Shown here piece by piece: positions 29,457 through 38,769 of a stretch of DNA of 64,000 bases. Each line of letters starts with the position of its first letter. Within the stretch, counting starts at the first letter, position 1. Both the position numbers and the translations under genes were made by a program. Location of the stretch: assembly GCA_900551295.1 (NCBI GenBank), contig URVJ01000012.1:1861-65860 (forward strand). The letters are read 5' to 3'. The stretch is from an uncultured Eubacteriales bacterium. Its GTDB lineage: Bacteria > Bacillota > Clostridia > Oscillospirales > CAG-382. The notes under the pieces were generated by a model that was given only the letters and a program-made list of their open reading frames with translations, was not told the origin of the DNA and did no database searches.

Positions 29457-29510
29457 AAGCCGAGTGCAGGGAGAAACAAATCTCCGTTTAACGCACCCGG
29501 CTTATTTTTC
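29457..29510 (+). terminator. terminator-like hairpin between convergent genes
   Basis: AAGCCGAGTGC...GCACCCGGCTT (one mismatch) with an inner GGGAGA/TCTCC hairpin, followed by ATTTTTC. Confidence 0.55.
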
Positions 29511-29524
29511 GGTTTTATTCAGTT

Positions 29525-30289
29525 TCAGCCGTTAAGCTGTTTTGCCATACTCAAGAGATCTTCGCGCGACAGTTTTCCGTCACTCTGGAAAAGCTCAAAG
29601 CTTATTCCTCCGAGTTCCCACTGAAGATTCTGCATTCTGCTTATCTTTACTTTGTCGGAACCTACGCCGAACACAAGCTCTCCGCGCTGTGCCGCAGCCT
29701 TATCCTCATCGGTATACTCATAGTTTACCGGAACGAATTTCTGTGTATACGAATAGTATCTGTACTCAACGCCGTCCTCGGAAAATACCGTGCAGTCGGC
29801 AGCAGAGCCGTCGCCGTCCTGTTGCAGCGAAGTTTTATGATTATCCTGTGAGAGCACGACCACATCTCCGTCTTTTTCGTAATCGAACAGCAGCGACTTA
29901 TAGTTTTCAGCCGTATTTCCTTCCCCGTCCTCAATGGTATTTGAGGCTGTTCTGCCCTCCTTGAAGGTATATCCGTTATCAAAGTTTTCGACAAGCTTTG
30001 CTTCAAATCCGGCGTCTCTGACACACTGCTCCATTGCCGGCAGCGAAGTATAATCGGGGTTTGAGCTTGAGTGTACGCCGATTGACACGGCATTTTTAAC
30101 TGCGGCAAATACGCCGACTCCGAGAACCGCAACTATTGCCGCGACTGCGAGAATTGTTCTTTTTGACATAAAAGTCCTCTCCTTTTTTGTACCAGCGGCG
30201 CTTTTTGCCGCTGAGATGAGTATTTCTTCCGGAAGATTTTCCGGAACATTGATTTTAAGAAATGCTTTTTTCAGTTCTTCACCTTTCAT
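29525..30289 (-). CDS. putative anti-sigma factor (single TM, extracytoplasmic DUF4367-like domain)
   Basis: Starts 2 nt after the sigma-factor stop, with GGAGGG upstream. Short cytoplasmic N-terminus, then TM segment ILAVAAIVAVLGVGVFAAV, then a roughly 190-aa external domain. Confidence 0.6.
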   Translation of the reverse strand: MKGEELKKAFLKINVPENLPEEILISAAKSAAGTKKERTFMSKRTILAVAAIVAVLGVGVFAAVKNAVSIGVHSSSNPDYTSLPAMEQCVRDAGFEAKLVENFDNGYTFKEGRTASNTIEDGEGNTAENYKSLLFDYEKDGDVVVLSQDNHKTSLQQDGDGSAADCTVFSEDGVEYRYYSYTQKFVPVNYEYTDEDKAAAQRGELVFGVGSDKVKISRMQNLQWELGGISFELFQSDGKLSREDLLSMAKQLNG

Positions 30290-30290
30290 T

Positions 30291-30779
30291 TTATTGCCCT
30301 CCGTATTCAATTTTCAGCTTTTGCCGTCCGTACTGAAGTCTTTTTCTGACCGCCGTTTCGGAACACGAAAGAATATTTGCTATCTCGGCGGTCTTATATC
30401 CCTCGGCGTAAAACAGATACAGCACCTTGCGGTATTTTTCGTCAAGCGACATAACGCTCTCCATAATTCCGTATTCCGGCGTATCGTTACCGCAGTATTC
30501 GCGAAGTTCATCAATATCGGCGTAGCGGTTTCTTATGCGGAATCTGCATATATCCTTTGACTTATTCGCCGCGACCTTCAAAAGCCATGCTTTTTTATGC
30601 TCCTCGCCGTTAAAAGACGGAGCGCAGGTCATATAGCTCATAAATGTTTCCGAAAGCGCGTCCTGTGCGTCGGCATTATTGCCGAGTATTGAATAGCACA
30701 GTCTGAAAAGTGTATTTGAATACTTATGTACGGTCTGTTCTATTTCTTCATCAGCCGGCCGGACTGAATTTTTTCTCAT
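30291..30779 (-). CDS. RNA polymerase sigma factor, ECF (sigma-70 group 4) family
   Basis: Region 2 (LFRLCYSILGNNADAQDALSETF) and region 4 HTH (YKTAEIANILSCSETAVRKRLQYGRQKL). AAAGGAG lies upstream of ATG 30779. Confidence 0.88.
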   Translation of the reverse strand: MRKNSVRPADEEIEQTVHKYSNTLFRLCYSILGNNADAQDALSETFMSYMTCAPSFNGEEHKKAWLLKVAANKSKDICRFRIRNRYADIDELREYCGNDTPEYGIMESVMSLDEKYRKVLYLFYAEGYKTAEIANILSCSETAVRKRLQYGRQKLKIEYGGQ

Positions 30780-30835
30780 TGCATCAGCTCCTTTCACTAT
30801 ATACACGTTCCGCAGTTCTGTTTTGTGACACAAAA

Positions 30836-30870
30836 ACAAAAAAAATCCGCAGCATATTTCAGCCGCGGAT
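30836..30870 (-). terminator. rho-independent terminator after rny
   Basis: On the minus strand, ATCCGC, a 14-nt loop, GCGGAT, then a T8 run. Confidence 0.8.
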
Positions 30871-30888
30871 AAAATATCTGTCTTTTAT

Positions 30889-32442
30889 TTACTTTGCGTA
30901 GTCAACCTTACGGTTTTCCCTGATGATCATAACCTTTATCTGTCCGGGATATTCAAGCTCGTTTTCTATCTTCTTTGCAATATCGCGCGCAAGGAATACC
31001 ATTTCGTCGTCCTTAACCTCGTCGGGCTTGACCATGACTCTTATCTCACGGCCTGCCTGTATTGCAAAGCACTTTTCAACTCCGTTGAATTCGGTTGCTA
31101 TTTCCTCAAGTCTCTGAAGTCTCTTGATATACGACTCAAGGTTTTCGCGTCTTGCGCCGGGACGCGCTGCGCTTATCGCGTCGGCTGCCTGTACAAGCAT
31201 TGCAACGACGGTCTGAGCCTCAACATCTCCGTGATGCGCCTCGATAGCATGTATAACGTCCTTATTCTCATGATACTTCTTTGCAAGCTCAACGCCTATC
31301 TGTACGTGCGAACCGTCAACGTCATGGTCGACAGCCTTGCCTATATCATGCAGCAGACCTGCGCGCTTTGCAAGCATTGCGTCTACTCCGAGTTCGCTTG
31401 CAAGCATACCTGCGATATGTGAAACCTCGATAGAATGTATAAGCACGTTCTGACCGTAGCTTGTACGGTAACGCAGTCTGCCGAGTATCTTTACAAGTTC
31501 GGGATTTATGCCGTGAACGCCTGTTTCAAACGTAGCCTGTTCACCGCACTGTTTGATATTCTGCTCGACTTCCTTACGGCTCTTTTCAACCATTTCCTCT
31601 ATACGTGCAGGGTGTATTCTGCCGTCGGAAATAAGCTTTTCAAGCGAAAGTCTTGCCACTTCGCGCCTTACCGGATCAAAGCTCGAAACGGTTATCGCCT
31701 CGGGCGTATCGTCGATTATAAGGTCAACGCCGGTGAGCGTTTCAATGGTTCTGATATTACGTCCCTCGCGTCCGATAATTCTTCCCTTCATCTCGTCGTT
31801 GGGAAGCGCAACCGCAGAAACCGTAGCCTCGCTCACATAGTCGGACGCACATCTCTGAATGGCAAGAGAAATAAGGTTTCTCGCCTTATTATCCGCCTCT
31901 TCCTTGTACTCCTGCTCAATTTCGGCAATCTTCATGGACGCCTCGTGACGAACCTCGGATTCGACCTTGTTAAGCAAATATTCCTTTGCCTGTTCGGACG
32001 TAAATCCCGAGATCTGTTCGAGTTTCTTTACCTCGTCGGCGATTATTCCGTCGAGTTCCTCTTTCTTTGCGTCAAGTTCTTTTTCTTTCTTTGCCAGAGC
32101 CTCTTCCTTGCGTTCGCAAGCCTCTGTTTTCTTATCGAGAGACTCTTCCTTCTGCTGGGCGTGTTTCTCAAGACGCGCTACCTCGTTTCTGCGCTCCTTG
32201 ATCTCACTTTCCATTTCGTTTTTGTTTTTGAGAATTTCTTCCTTGGCTTCGATCAAAGCCTCTTTTTTCTTGGTCTCTGCGTCCTTTTCGGCTTCTTCTC
32301 CGATCTTCTTTGCCTCGTTTTTCGCGTTTTCGATTATGCTCTGTGCGTCCTTGCCCTTTGACTTATCGCTTACGCCTTTTATGACAAAGCCTATTGCGAA
32401 ACCGATAACAACGCCTATGACCGCTGCTATTGCAAGATTCAA
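30889..32442 (-). CDS. rny: ribonuclease Y
   Basis: N-terminal TM, a coiled-coil K/E-rich region, a KH domain ([12 protein letters not shown]) and an HD domain (LLHDIGKA). AAGGAGGTG lies 8 nt upstream of TTG 32442. The ORF track extends to 32478. Confidence 0.95.
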   Translation of the reverse strand: MNLAIAAVIGVVIGFAIGFVIKGVSDKSKGKDAQSIIENAKNEAKKIGEEAEKDAETKKKEALIEAKEEILKNKNEMESEIKERRNEVARLEKHAQQKEESLDKKTEACERKEEALAKKEKELDAKKEELDGIIADEVKKLEQISGFTSEQAKEYLLNKVESEVRHEASMKIAEIEQEYKEEADNKARNLISLAIQRCASDYVSEATVSAVALPNDEMKGRIIGREGRNIRTIETLTGVDLIIDDTPEAITVSSFDPVRREVARLSLEKLISDGRIHPARIEEMVEKSRKEVEQNIKQCGEQATFETGVHGINPELVKILGRLRYRTSYGQNVLIHSIEVSHIAGMLASELGVDAMLAKRAGLLHDIGKAVDHDVDGSHVQIGVELAKKYHENKDVIHAIEAHHGDVEAQTVVAMLVQAADAISAARPGARRENLESYIKRLQRLEEIATEFNGVEKCFAIQAGREIRVMVKPDEVKDDEMVFLARDIAKKIENELEYPGQIKVMIIRENRKVDYAK

Positions 32443-32741
32443 AATAAAAGCACCTCCTTCGTCGTACATAAATAACAAAACAGGTGCGATACAATATAAA
32501 ACGGACTGTTCCCGGCAATTTGATGTAAAGCCGAAAGCCGCGAAATTACTGCCCGAAACGCAGAATCTCCGGTGAAAAATGCGCCTTTATCGGGAGCAGA
32601 GCGCATAAAAATACGGCGTAAAAACCCGGGAAATGTGACATTTGCTTATTTTGACGATTTATATAAAAACCTTTGTTGTTTCATACTGTAAAGCACTGAA
32701 AAATTTATAATTATGTTATTTTGTAACCCTACAATAGCATT

Positions 32742-32770
32742 ATTATACAACAAAAGCGGCAAATTGTCAA
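32742..32770 (-). promoter_or_regulatory. perfect-consensus sigma-A promoter (TTGACA-17 nt-TATAAT) upstream of rny
   Basis: The minus strand reads aTTGACAatttgccgcttttgttgTATAATaatg. This implies a 5' UTR of about 290 nt for rny. Confidence 0.7.
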
Positions 32771-32827
32771 TAGCATATGCACATCATGCGGAAATTTACG
32801 CCGAAAATCTTAAATTTTCTTAAAAGG

Positions 32828-33763
32828 TCATTCCAAAATATAGACCACAACGTTTCGCCTGCCGAACTGTATGCACTCGTCATAAGTCGGGTACGCAAGG
32901 TCGATCTTATTGCCCACTATCGCGCCGCCGGTATCCTCCGCCTCGCAGTATCCGTACTCGACGGAGCCTGTCACGAACATTTTGGTATGCAGCGGAACGG
33001 TATCGGGATCCACTGCGGCTATTCCCTTTTGCAGCGAACGTCCGGTCGCGGTGGTGGTTGTGGTAATTCCCGGAATATAGGTGTAGGCGGTAGCCTCCAT
33101 GGGAATGTAATACGAGTAATTATAGACCGTTCCGTCCTCTGCGGTAACGGTGCCGCCGACGCCGCGGCTTACAGTCTGTTCGGTCGGGAGCGAAAGCACG
33201 GTTTCGGAGTACATCGCCTCCTCGACGGGAGCGCCGTTTACGTATTTTACGATGTAGCTCCTCCTTGCCTCGCCTTCAACGCCGGGCGTTATTACCTCGG
33301 TCGTACCTTTGGGTATTGTCTTTGACTCAAATTCAATGGTCTCAAACGGGATCTTCTCCACGCGCGTTTCGGTGACGTATTCAACCGAACCTATATCGAC
33401 GATTATGTTATCATAGAGCACCGTATCGGGCGATATATTGATTATATCGTTTTCGCCGAGCTCTATTCCCTCATACTGCAGAAACGCAGCACAGTCAACG
33501 GGGAAAAATTCATATTTGCTGATAACTCCGTGATCCACAAGCGTCACGTTTACCGGGCCTGCCATATAAATAAGGCTTTCCGCGGTGTTATCCTCTGCCG
33601 ATATAGAGTTTTCGGTCTGATGATCGTTATTCTCGGAGCTTTCGTTGAATACGCGTCCGGAAAATGCGCTTGTCTTTACCGTAAGCACGAACAAAACCAT
33701 TATTGCCGTGCATATAAATCCGACGGTAAATCTCGCCGTTGTTCTCAATTTGTTAACAATCAC
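32828..33763 (-). CDS. G5 + 3D domain cell-wall-associated protein (YabE / RpfB-like architecture)
   Basis: TM anchor, a G5-like middle region (PFETIEFESKTIPKGTTEVITPGVEGE) and a C-terminal 3D domain (EATAYTYIPG...GIAAVDPDTVPLHTKMFV...AEDTGGAIVGNKIDL). GAAAGGAGA lies 6 nt upstream of GTG 33763. Confidence 0.8.
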   Translation of the reverse strand: MIVNKLRTTARFTVGFICTAIMVLFVLTVKTSAFSGRVFNESSENNDHQTENSISAEDNTAESLIYMAGPVNVTLVDHGVISKYEFFPVDCAAFLQYEGIELGENDIINISPDTVLYDNIIVDIGSVEYVTETRVEKIPFETIEFESKTIPKGTTEVITPGVEGEARRSYIVKYVNGAPVEEAMYSETVLSLPTEQTVSRGVGGTVTAEDGTVYNYSYYIPMEATAYTYIPGITTTTTATGRSLQKGIAAVDPDTVPLHTKMFVTGSVEYGYCEAEDTGGAIVGNKIDLAYPTYDECIQFGRRNVVVYILE

Positions 33764-33998
33764 AGCCGTTCTCCTTTCAAAAAATTCCGGCAAACAAGTT
33801 GCCTTTCTCGGTCATGGTTTCGTATCATAGCACAAAGATTTCAGTTTGTCAACCCTTTTCACAAAATTTTCACCTGACTTTGTTATTATATTCCACTATT
33901 TCTAAAATTATGCGCGTTTTATCATAAATTTTGCAAAAAAATAACGTCCCGCGTTTTTCACGGGACGAAGTGCAAAGGCAGTCGGGGCTTGTTAATAT

Positions 33999-35168
33999 TT
34001 ACTTAATAATTCCGCTGTCTTTTATAACCTCAACAATGCGGTTTATTTCATCAACGCTTTTTGTGAGAGCAAAGCGGACATATTTTTTGCCGTTCTTGCC
34101 GAAAGCCTCGCCGGGAGTGCAGATAATTCCGGCTTTTTCCATGAGCAGAGTGCAGAATTCAAAGCTGTCGTCATATCCGTCGGGAAGCTTTGCCCAGACG
34201 AACATTGTTCCGTGGGAATCCGGGACGTTCCAGCCTATTCTGCGAAGTCCTCCGCAGAGTGCGTCGCGGCGTTTCTGATATTCTGCTTTCTGATTTTCGA
34301 CAAAATCGCGCGGACATTTCAGCGCCGCAAGCGCACCGTACTGAACCGGTCTGAATACGCCGAAATCGTACTGCGAGCGCAGCAGTTTCATTGCGTTTAC
34401 CACGCTCTTGTTGCCTATCATAAAGGAAATACGTGCGCCGGTTACGTCAAAGGACTTTGAAAGCGAGAAAAACTCGACTCCGACTTCCCTTGCGCCGGGC
34501 AGCGACAGGAACGAAAAGCTCTCCCTGCCGTCGAATATTATATCCGAATACGCATTATCGTTGACTATTATAAAGCCGTACTTTTTTGCGTACTCTATTG
34601 CGGTAAGGTACATCTCTTTTGTTGCTACGGCTCCGGACGGATTTGACGGATAAGAAAGAATTATGTACTTTGCGCGTTTCAGAACGTCCTCCGGTATCTT
34701 GTCAAACTCGGGCATAAAGTGACTTTCTTCGGTAAGGCTGTAAAAATACTCTTCGGCGTCGCCAAGAAACGCTCCTGCCTCAAATACGGGATACCCCGGA
34801 TCGGGGAGCATTACGATATCTCCCTTTGAGCAAAGCGCAAGTCCCAAATGTCCGATTCCCTCCTGCGAGCCGTGAACGCTTACTATTTCGTCGGGGAAAA
34901 TTTCGGTGCCGAAACGGTTTTTATAATATTCGCACAGAGCTTCCGTAAGTTCCGGAATATCCGTCATTGCATATTTATAGTTTTCGGGATTTTTTGCAGC
35001 CTCGCTTACCGCGTCCATAACGCTCTGCGGAGGTTTGAAATCGGGAGTGCCTATCGAGAGATTATAAATCTGTCTTCCCTGCTTTAAAAGCTCCTCTTTT
35101 CTCTCGTCGAGAGCCGCAAAAATTCCTGTTTTGAAGTGTTCGAGTCTCTTTGCTTTCTGAAATTCCAT
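33999..35168 (-). CDS. pyridoxal-phosphate-dependent aminotransferase, class I/II
   Basis: LSIGTPDFKPP, NPSG, and the SLSKSFDVTGARIS lysine motif. Start taken at MEFQKAKRLE. Confidence 0.88.
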   Translation of the reverse strand: MEFQKAKRLEHFKTGIFAALDERKEELLKQGRQIYNLSIGTPDFKPPQSVMDAVSEAAKNPENYKYAMTDIPELTEALCEYYKNRFGTEIFPDEIVSVHGSQEGIGHLGLALCSKGDIVMLPDPGYPVFEAGAFLGDAEEYFYSLTEESHFMPEFDKIPEDVLKRAKYIILSYPSNPSGAVATKEMYLTAIEYAKKYGFIIVNDNAYSDIIFDGRESFSFLSLPGAREVGVEFFSLSKSFDVTGARISFMIGNKSVVNAMKLLRSQYDFGVFRPVQYGALAALKCPRDFVENQKAEYQKRRDALCGGLRRIGWNVPDSHGTMFVWAKLPDGYDDSFEFCTLLMEKAGIICTPGEAFGKNGKKYVRFALTKSVDEINRIVEVIKDSGIIK

Positions 35169-35208
35169 TTTACATGACCTCTGTATCAATTATTTTTGAG
35201 TTCCTCAT

Positions 35209-35567
35209 AAATCGGTTTACATAATCCTTTCAAGTCATGTGCCCCATGTTTTACCACATTATGTAAACTGTTTAAGAATATTGCACAATGATTTATATTA
35301 ATATATTTGCAATTTTGTCTAAATGCACAATTTAATTTTGTAACCAATTTGTAAAAACAAATCTTGCGTATGCGCCGCTTGTGTTTTGCGGCACGAGATA
35401 TGGACAAATTATACGCAATGTCCGCCGTCACGGCACAAGAGAGTTTACTTTTACCGCGGAATATGTTACAAAACTTTAAACATTGCAAAGTTCCATATCA
35501 TCTGCGCCATGCTCCGGGTCGCTTTTTGTACATTTTATTAAAAAAATGTAATAATGTAAACCGATTT
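35209..35567. repeat. AT-rich non-coding segment bounded by 17-bp imperfect inverted repeats
   Basis: AAATCGGTTTACATAAT at 35209-35225 versus the reverse complement of 35551-35567 (AAATCGGTTTACATTAT) matches at 16 of 17 positions. The interior is visibly AT-rich. Confidence 0.6.
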
Positions 35568-35637
35568 TGCCGCGGTAAATTTGCTCTCAAAGCCGCGGTA
35601 AAACCATTTTTCTTCCTATATATTATATATATTATTT

Positions 35638-36297
35638 TCAGAGCTTAAGTTCAAATTTACTTCCCGTAAAATCAACCAGTCCGTCGCGTTTCATACGGTG
35701 AAGTTCCTTTGACATTGCGCACCGTTCGACGCAAAGATAGTCGGCAAGCTCATGACGGTTAAAGGGTATGCTGAACGTGAGAGAACCGTGTTTTTTTGCC
35801 TGTCCCGAAAGATACGACAGAAGTTTGTCGCGCGTGGTGCGTTTGCAGATATGATTGATCTTAAATTCAAGTTCTCTGGATTTTGACGCAACGGACGAAA
35901 GCAAATTCTGTATGAGCAGAGTATGCTCCGCGCAGCCCTTTGAACTGGGAGTGCTCATTCTTTTTATGTCGAGAAACACGACATCCGTATCCTCTTTTGC
36001 CACAACGTCGAAAACAGGCGTGTCGTTCTTTGCAAGCGCATATGCCTCGCCGAAGCTGCTGCCGGCTACGTATTCGGTTATTATGGATTTATTCCCCCAA
36101 ACGTCGCAGCTTTCGGTATACAGTTTCCCCGAAAGTATGATTCCGACCTGCGTTACCTTTTTGCCTGCCTCCCATACGGTCTGCCCCGCCGAAAAACTTT
36201 TCTGAGAGCTGTCAAGGCAGACAAGCATTGACTTTACTTTCTCACGCGGTATCTCCGAGAACAGCTCGGTATTCATTATTATATCGCATCTGTCCAT
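35638..36297 (-). CDS. Crp/Fnr-family transcriptional regulator
   Basis: N-terminal cNMP-binding-like beta-roll and a C-terminal HTH (RDKLLSYL...NRHELADYLCVERCAMSKELHRMKRDGLV). Confidence 0.88.
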   Translation of the reverse strand: MDRCDIIMNTELFSEIPREKVKSMLVCLDSSQKSFSAGQTVWEAGKKVTQVGIILSGKLYTESCDVWGNKSIITEYVAGSSFGEAYALAKNDTPVFDVVAKEDTDVVFLDIKRMSTPSSKGCAEHTLLIQNLLSSVASKSRELEFKINHICKRTTRDKLLSYLSGQAKKHGSLTFSIPFNRHELADYLCVERCAMSKELHRMKRDGLVDFTGSKFELKL

Positions 36298-36466
36298 ACT
36301 GATTTCCCCGTTTTTCTACATATATATTATATACTGCGTTTTTTGTTTTTTAGCCGCAAATACCCAAAGTGGCATTTGACACATACATTATAAGACAAAT
36401 ATTGTATAATGTCATTAATAAAGATACAATAAATAATAAATTCACGGCAAATTCAGGAGGTTAATT

Positions 36467-37666
36467 ATGCACTGCGAAATTAAAATAGATGAAAATCTTT
36501 ACTGGATAGGCGCAAACGACAGGAGAATTGCTCTGTTTGAAAACGTTTATCCCGTTCCGAACGGCGTTTCCTACAACTCATATTTTATAGACGACGAAAA
36601 GACGGCGATCTTAGACACGGTTGACGCGTCGGGCAGCAAAGTTTTCTTTGAAAATCTTGAATATCTTCTTGACGGCAGAAAACCCGACTATCTCATTATC
36701 AACCACACGGAACCCGACCATGCCGCAACCGTTGCGCTCACCGCCGAAAAGTACCCCGAACTTAAACTTGTATGCAATGCAAAGACTGCGGGTATGTTAG
36801 GTCAGTTCTTTGAAAATGATTTTTCGGACAGGGTGATTACCGTAAAAGAAGGCGACACGCTGTCCCTTGGCAAGCACACTTTGACTTTTGTAATGGCTCC
36901 TATGGTTCACTGGCCTGAGGTCATGGTTACATATGAAACCGAAACAAAGACGCTTTTCTCTGCGGACGCATTCGGAGTTTTCGGTGCGCTTTCGGGAAAC
37001 ATCTTTGCGGACGAAACGGATTTTGACATTTCCGAAGCACGCCGTTACTACACAAACATTGTCGGAAAGTACGGCGCTCAGGTTCAGAGCCTTTTGAAAA
37101 AGGCGTCGGCGCTTGAAATTAACCGCATTTGTCCGCTGCACGGTCCCGTACACAGAAAAGACATCAGGGTATTGATCGAAAAGTATGACAAGTGGAGTTC
37201 CTACACGCCTGAAGACACGTCGGTTGCGGTATTCTATGCGTCGGTATACAGCAACACCGAAAATGCCGCCGAGATTTTAACGTCAAAGCTTGCCGCAAAA
37301 GGAATCAAAAACATAAAGCTTTATGACGTTTCGGCAACTCACCCGTCATATCTTGTCGCTGAAGCCTTCAGATGCTCTCACCTTGTATTTGCCTCGATAT
37401 CGTACAATGCGGGAATTTTTGTAAACATGGAAAATTTACTTCATGACCTTGTTTCGCACAACATACAGAACCGCACAGTTTCATTTATCGAAAACGGTTC
37501 ATGGGCGCCGACAAGCGCGTCTATGATGAAAAAGCTCCTTGAGCCGTGCAAAAACATGAAGTTCATCGAGGACAAGGTTACGGTAAAATCATCTCTCAAG
37601 CAGGAGCAGTATGAGCAGATTGAAAAGCTTGCCGACGCAGTTTACAATTCAATGAGCGAAGCTTAA
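36467..37666 (+). CDS. fprA: FprA-family A-type flavodiiron protein (metallo-beta-lactamase + flavodoxin domains)
   Basis: INHTEPDHA di-iron motif, a flavodoxin-like C-terminal half, and CAGGAGG upstream of the ATG. Confidence 0.88.
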   Translation: MHCEIKIDENLYWIGANDRRIALFENVYPVPNGVSYNSYFIDDEKTAILDTVDASGSKVFFENLEYLLDGRKPDYLIINHTEPDHAATVALTAEKYPELKLVCNAKTAGMLGQFFENDFSDRVITVKEGDTLSLGKHTLTFVMAPMVHWPEVMVTYETETKTLFSADAFGVFGALSGNIFADETDFDISEARRYYTNIVGKYGAQVQSLLKKASALEINRICPLHGPVHRKDIRVLIEKYDKWSSYTPEDTSVAVFYASVYSNTENAAEILTSKLAAKGIKNIKLYDVSATHPSYLVAEAFRCSHLVFASISYNAGIFVNMENLLHDLVSHNIQNRTVSFIENGSWAPTSASMMKKLLEPCKNMKFIEDKVTVKSSLKQEQYEQIEKLADAVYNSMSEA

Positions 37667-37718
37667 AAGCATTATTATATAATATGTAGGAAGAAAACCG
37701 CAAAATCACACATATTTA

Positions 37719-37753
37719 CCGGGCGCAGAATAAAAAGCGCCCGGCTTTTTTTA
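37719..37753 (+). terminator. rho-independent terminator of fprA
   Basis: CCGGGCGC, a 10-nt loop, GCGCCCGG, then CTTTTTTT. Confidence 0.88.
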
Positions 37754-37827
37754 TGCTTAAAATTACATTTATATATCAGTATCGGGCATAATAATATCAA
37801 AAAATGTGTTCGGGAGAAACTGAAAAA

Positions 37828-38769
37828 ATGAAACAGGCGGTTATAGACATAGGTTCAAACTCGGTAAGGCTTACGCTTTATGAGTTGGACGGCACTGAGT
37901 TTAAAATACTTTTCAGAGAAAAAATTATGGCAGGACTTGCAGGATACGTTGACGAAAACGGGAATTTAAGCCCTATCGGAATAGAATGTGCGTGTTCGGG
38001 ACTTAAAATTTTTTTCGATATTTTAAAGTCGCTGCATATTGACAACACAGCGGTCTTTGCAACAGCGTCTTTACGCAACATAAACAACACAACCGAGGCT
38101 GTATCTCAGATAAAAGCCGCGTGCGGATACGATATTGAAATTCTGAGTGAAAATGACGAGGCTTTATGCGGCTACTACGGCGCAATGCGCGAATTTGAGC
38201 TGCCTGACGGCGCGTTTATCGACGTCGGCGGAGGAAGTACGGAGGTCGTCACGTTTGAAAACGCAAAAGTCATAGACTGCATCAGCTTTCCGATAGGCTC
38301 GCTCAGCCTGTATTCGTCATGCGTAAAGAAAATTCTTCCCGGAAAAGGTTCAACAGAGCGAATACTCGGCGAAATCAAAAAGCAAACCGACGGGTGCGAG
38401 ATCTTTTCGTCATACGCAAAGCGCAAAGTGCTGACAGGCGTCGGAGGCACGGCAAGAGGACTTCTCAAAATTGCAAAAAGCTGTTTTGAACTTCCCGAAA
38501 GCTGCCGCTGCATATCGGCGTATCAGCTCGGAAAACTAACCGATTTTTTATGTTCGGGCTCAAAAAAGGCGTCGGATCTCATACTAAAGCTCGAACCTGA
38601 CAGAATTCACACCATTGTTCCAGGAGTTATGATTCTGCATCACATATTCCGCCTTTTGGGTGCGGACGAGCTTATTGTCAGCAAATACGGTGTCAGAGAA
38701 GGTTATTTATGCACAAAACTTTACCCGTCGGCAAAAGAAAATACGACTGCACTCAAAACCGTGAATTAA
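37828..38769 (+). CDS. ppx: Ppx/GppA-family phosphatase (short-form exopolyphosphatase)
   Basis: MKQAVIDIGSNSVRLTLYE and DVGGGSTEV ASKHA-fold motifs. Confidence 0.88.
   Translation: MKQAVIDIGSNSVRLTLYELDGTEFKILFREKIMAGLAGYVDENGNLSPIGIECACSGLKIFFDILKSLHIDNTAVFATASLRNINNTTEAVSQIKAACGYDIEILSENDEALCGYYGAMREFELPDGAFIDVGGGSTEVVTFENAKVIDCISFPIGSLSLYSSCVKKILPGKGSTERILGEIKKQTDGCEIFSSYAKRKVLTGVGGTARGLLKIAKSCFELPESCRCISAYQLGKLTDFLCSGSKKASDLILKLEPDRIHTIVPGVMILHHIFRLLGADELIVSKYGVREGYLCTKLYPSAKENTTALKTVN

Noticed and set aside
35186-35488. A 100-aa minus-strand ORF in the AT-rich spacer upstream of the aminotransferase gene.
   Set aside because: The composition is Cys/Lys/Asn-rich and implausible, there is no Shine-Dalgarno, and the ORF overlaps the aminotransferase start region. 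The region looks non-coding and is treated as the AT-rich inverted-repeat island.
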